Shown piece after piece: positions 61,681 through 64,000 of a DNA stretch of 64,000 nt (positions within the stretch are counted from its first letter, which is position 1; the number at the start of each line of letters is the position of its first letter). Source of the stretch: Octopus sinensis (Eukaryota); contig NC_043003.1 of NCBI RefSeq assembly GCF_006345805.1, forward strand, positions 17,918,001-17,982,000. Direction: 5' to 3'. The translations under genes and the position numbers were made by a program. The notes beneath the pieces were generated by a model. The model was not told where the DNA came from, made no database searches, and saw only the letters and a program-made list of their open reading frames with translations.

Positions 61681-63329
61681 ATATTATATTAAATCTGGAG
61701 GTGCACCATTGAAAATTGAGGTAGTAGTGCCGTCCAGTGCACCCCTTTAGCGATAGGCACGGGCGTCATGTTATGTAATGTAACCGTAGAAGCACCTAAT
61801 GTACGGGTGAATGTACGATTATGCTTTTACTCGATGTGGATAGCAGTGTAGCCCCAGTGTGTGCTGCTCGTGGCAGCCCTCGGCTCATAAACAGGCTTAT
61901 AAAGGTGACCCAAAAGCTCTGGAGGACCATTCCATCGTCCACGGCTAGCTGCTCTACTGGATCTCGGTTGCCTTCAATTTAAACAACAGAACCATCACTG
62001 TCCTTATTAGAAACGTTCTACAATCTCAAACGGTTCTGCCAGCGAGCAGCCTTTGGGTAATTAATGATGGCTTCAAATTTTGGCAGAAGGCCGACAGTTT
62101 AGGGGAAGGTAAGTCGATTATATCGACCTCAGGACTCAGCTGGTATTTGCTTTATCGACCTCAAGAGGATGAAAGGCAAAGTCAAACTCGACGGAATTTG
62201 AACTAACGATTCTCCCAGCTCGCTGCCGTACTGCCCTACCAATAATACTTTCTACTATAGGCACAAGGCTTGAAATTTGGGTGACGGGGATGATCGATTA
62301 CATTGACCCCCAGTACTCAACTAGTACTTATTTTGTCTACCCCCGAAGGTAAAGTCGATCTCGGTGATATTTGAACTCAGAAAGTAAAGACGGACGAAAT
62401 GCTACTAAGCATTTTGAAGAGCATGTTAACGATTCTGTTAGCTCGCCGTCTTACTGCTCTACTAATAATGATAATATAACAGAATTAAGGCGGCCAGCTG
62501 GCAGAATCGTTAGCACGGCGGGCAAAATACTTAGCGGTATTTCGTCTGCCACTACGTTCTGAGTTCAAATTCTGCCGAGGTCGACTTTGCCTTTCATCCT
62601 TTCAGGGTCGATTAAATAAGTACCAGTTACGCACTGGGGTCGATGTAATCGACTTAATCCGTTTGTCTGTCCTTGTTTGTTCCCTCTGTGTTTAACCCCT
62701 TGTGGGTAGTAAAGAAATAGGTATTTCGCCTGTCTTTAAGTTCTGAGTTCAAATTCCACCGAGGTCGACTTTGCCTTTCATCCTTTCGAGGTCGATAAAT
62801 TAATTACCAGTTGCGTATAGAGGTCGATCTAATCGACTGGCCCCCTTCCTAAAAATTTCGCGTCTTGTGCCTTGAGTAGAAAAGAATATAACATTGAGTA
62901 TTATGGAGGAATACGAGTTAATGGAATTATCTACAATAATAATTAACCAGTTTTATATACATTTCCACCGAGGCACGCAATTAGGTACATAGATTTGAAT
63001 ATTCAGAATTATGACAAAATTTCCATATCTTTTCGTTTTCATATTCCTCTGACAGTGTAACTATTCTGAAAAACAAATCTATGTATGTGTGTATGTGTAC
63101 AACATTTTGTATGTGTGTGCATACATATGCATGTATATATTTATGTATGTGTATATATGTATATAACATTATATATAAATACACACACACACGCGCGCGC
63201 GCGCGCGCACAATACTAGTTATTGAATTACAAAAATTTATTAAAAAGCAAATTTGGATTTTATTACTTTCAATTTTCATTTTCTTAAATTTTCCGTTCAC
63301 ATATATTTGTATTTATTGTACGCTTCTCT

Positions 63330-63402
<73 letters not shown>

Positions 63403-63464
63403 CATCCATCTGACCGTCCGTCCGTTCGTCCGTCCGTCCGTTCGTCCGTCCGTCCGTCCGTACG

Positions 63465-63496
<32 letters not shown>

Positions 63497-63528
63497 CATG
63501 CATGCATGCATGCATGTATGTATGTATG

Positions 63529-63559
<31 letters not shown>

Positions 63560-64000
63560 CATATCGTATAATTATAATATATGAGTCGATTTCTATTTAA
63601 ATGTCGTACATATACAAATAGCGAAACACACCACACAATCACTTATGCGTTCTTTTCTCTTGTTCTTTTACTTGTTTCAATCATTTGACTGCGGCCATGC
63701 TGGAGCACCGCCTTTAGTCGAAAAAATCGACCCCAGGACTTAATCTTTGTAAGCCTAGTACATATTATATCGGTATCTTTTTGCCGAACTGCTAATTGGC
63801 GGGCACGTAAACACACCAACATCTATTGTCAAGCGATGGGAGTGGGTGGGAGCAAACACTGAGACTCACATACATATATTTATATACATATATACAAAGG
63901 GCTTCTGTCAGTTTCTGTCTATCAAATCCACTCATTCCGCCTACAAAATCCACATGGTCGGCCTGAGTCTATAGTAGAAGACTCTTGCCCAAGATGTCAC

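Overview
AT-rich, microsatellite- and SINE-dense animal genomic DNA. The repeat families suggest an octopus (Octopus-type cephalopod); this is inferred from recalled repeat consensus, not a search. Two convergent host genes are recognisable. On + are the last three coding exons of a large Rab GTPase of the RASEF/CRACR2A/Rab44 group (987-3969, ending KKSSCCR*). On - is a complete 8-exon FAM221A-like gene (ATG 49485, stop 17734, 312 aa by manual splicing). The rest is mostly transposon-derived: a Tc1 DD34E element carrying a young nested RTE LINE, Tigger, mariner/maT, MULE, Merlin, piggyBac, hAT, Helitron and Helentron non-autonomous elements, CR1-type LINE ends and several SINE families. The most striking signal is a set of short, often fold-back elements carrying minimal type I hammerhead ribozyme motifs with a palindromic stem III, as known from Penelope-like elements. 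In these motifs the catalytic 3:8 base pair appears in three covariant forms (C3:G8, G3:C8, U3:A8). A TA-flanked DNA-transposon MITE also carries a copy of part of the neighbouring FAM221A exon (Pack-TIR-like). Most ORFs in the supplied track are microsatellite or SINE artefacts. All structures were folded and aligned by eye, and repeat boundaries are approximate.
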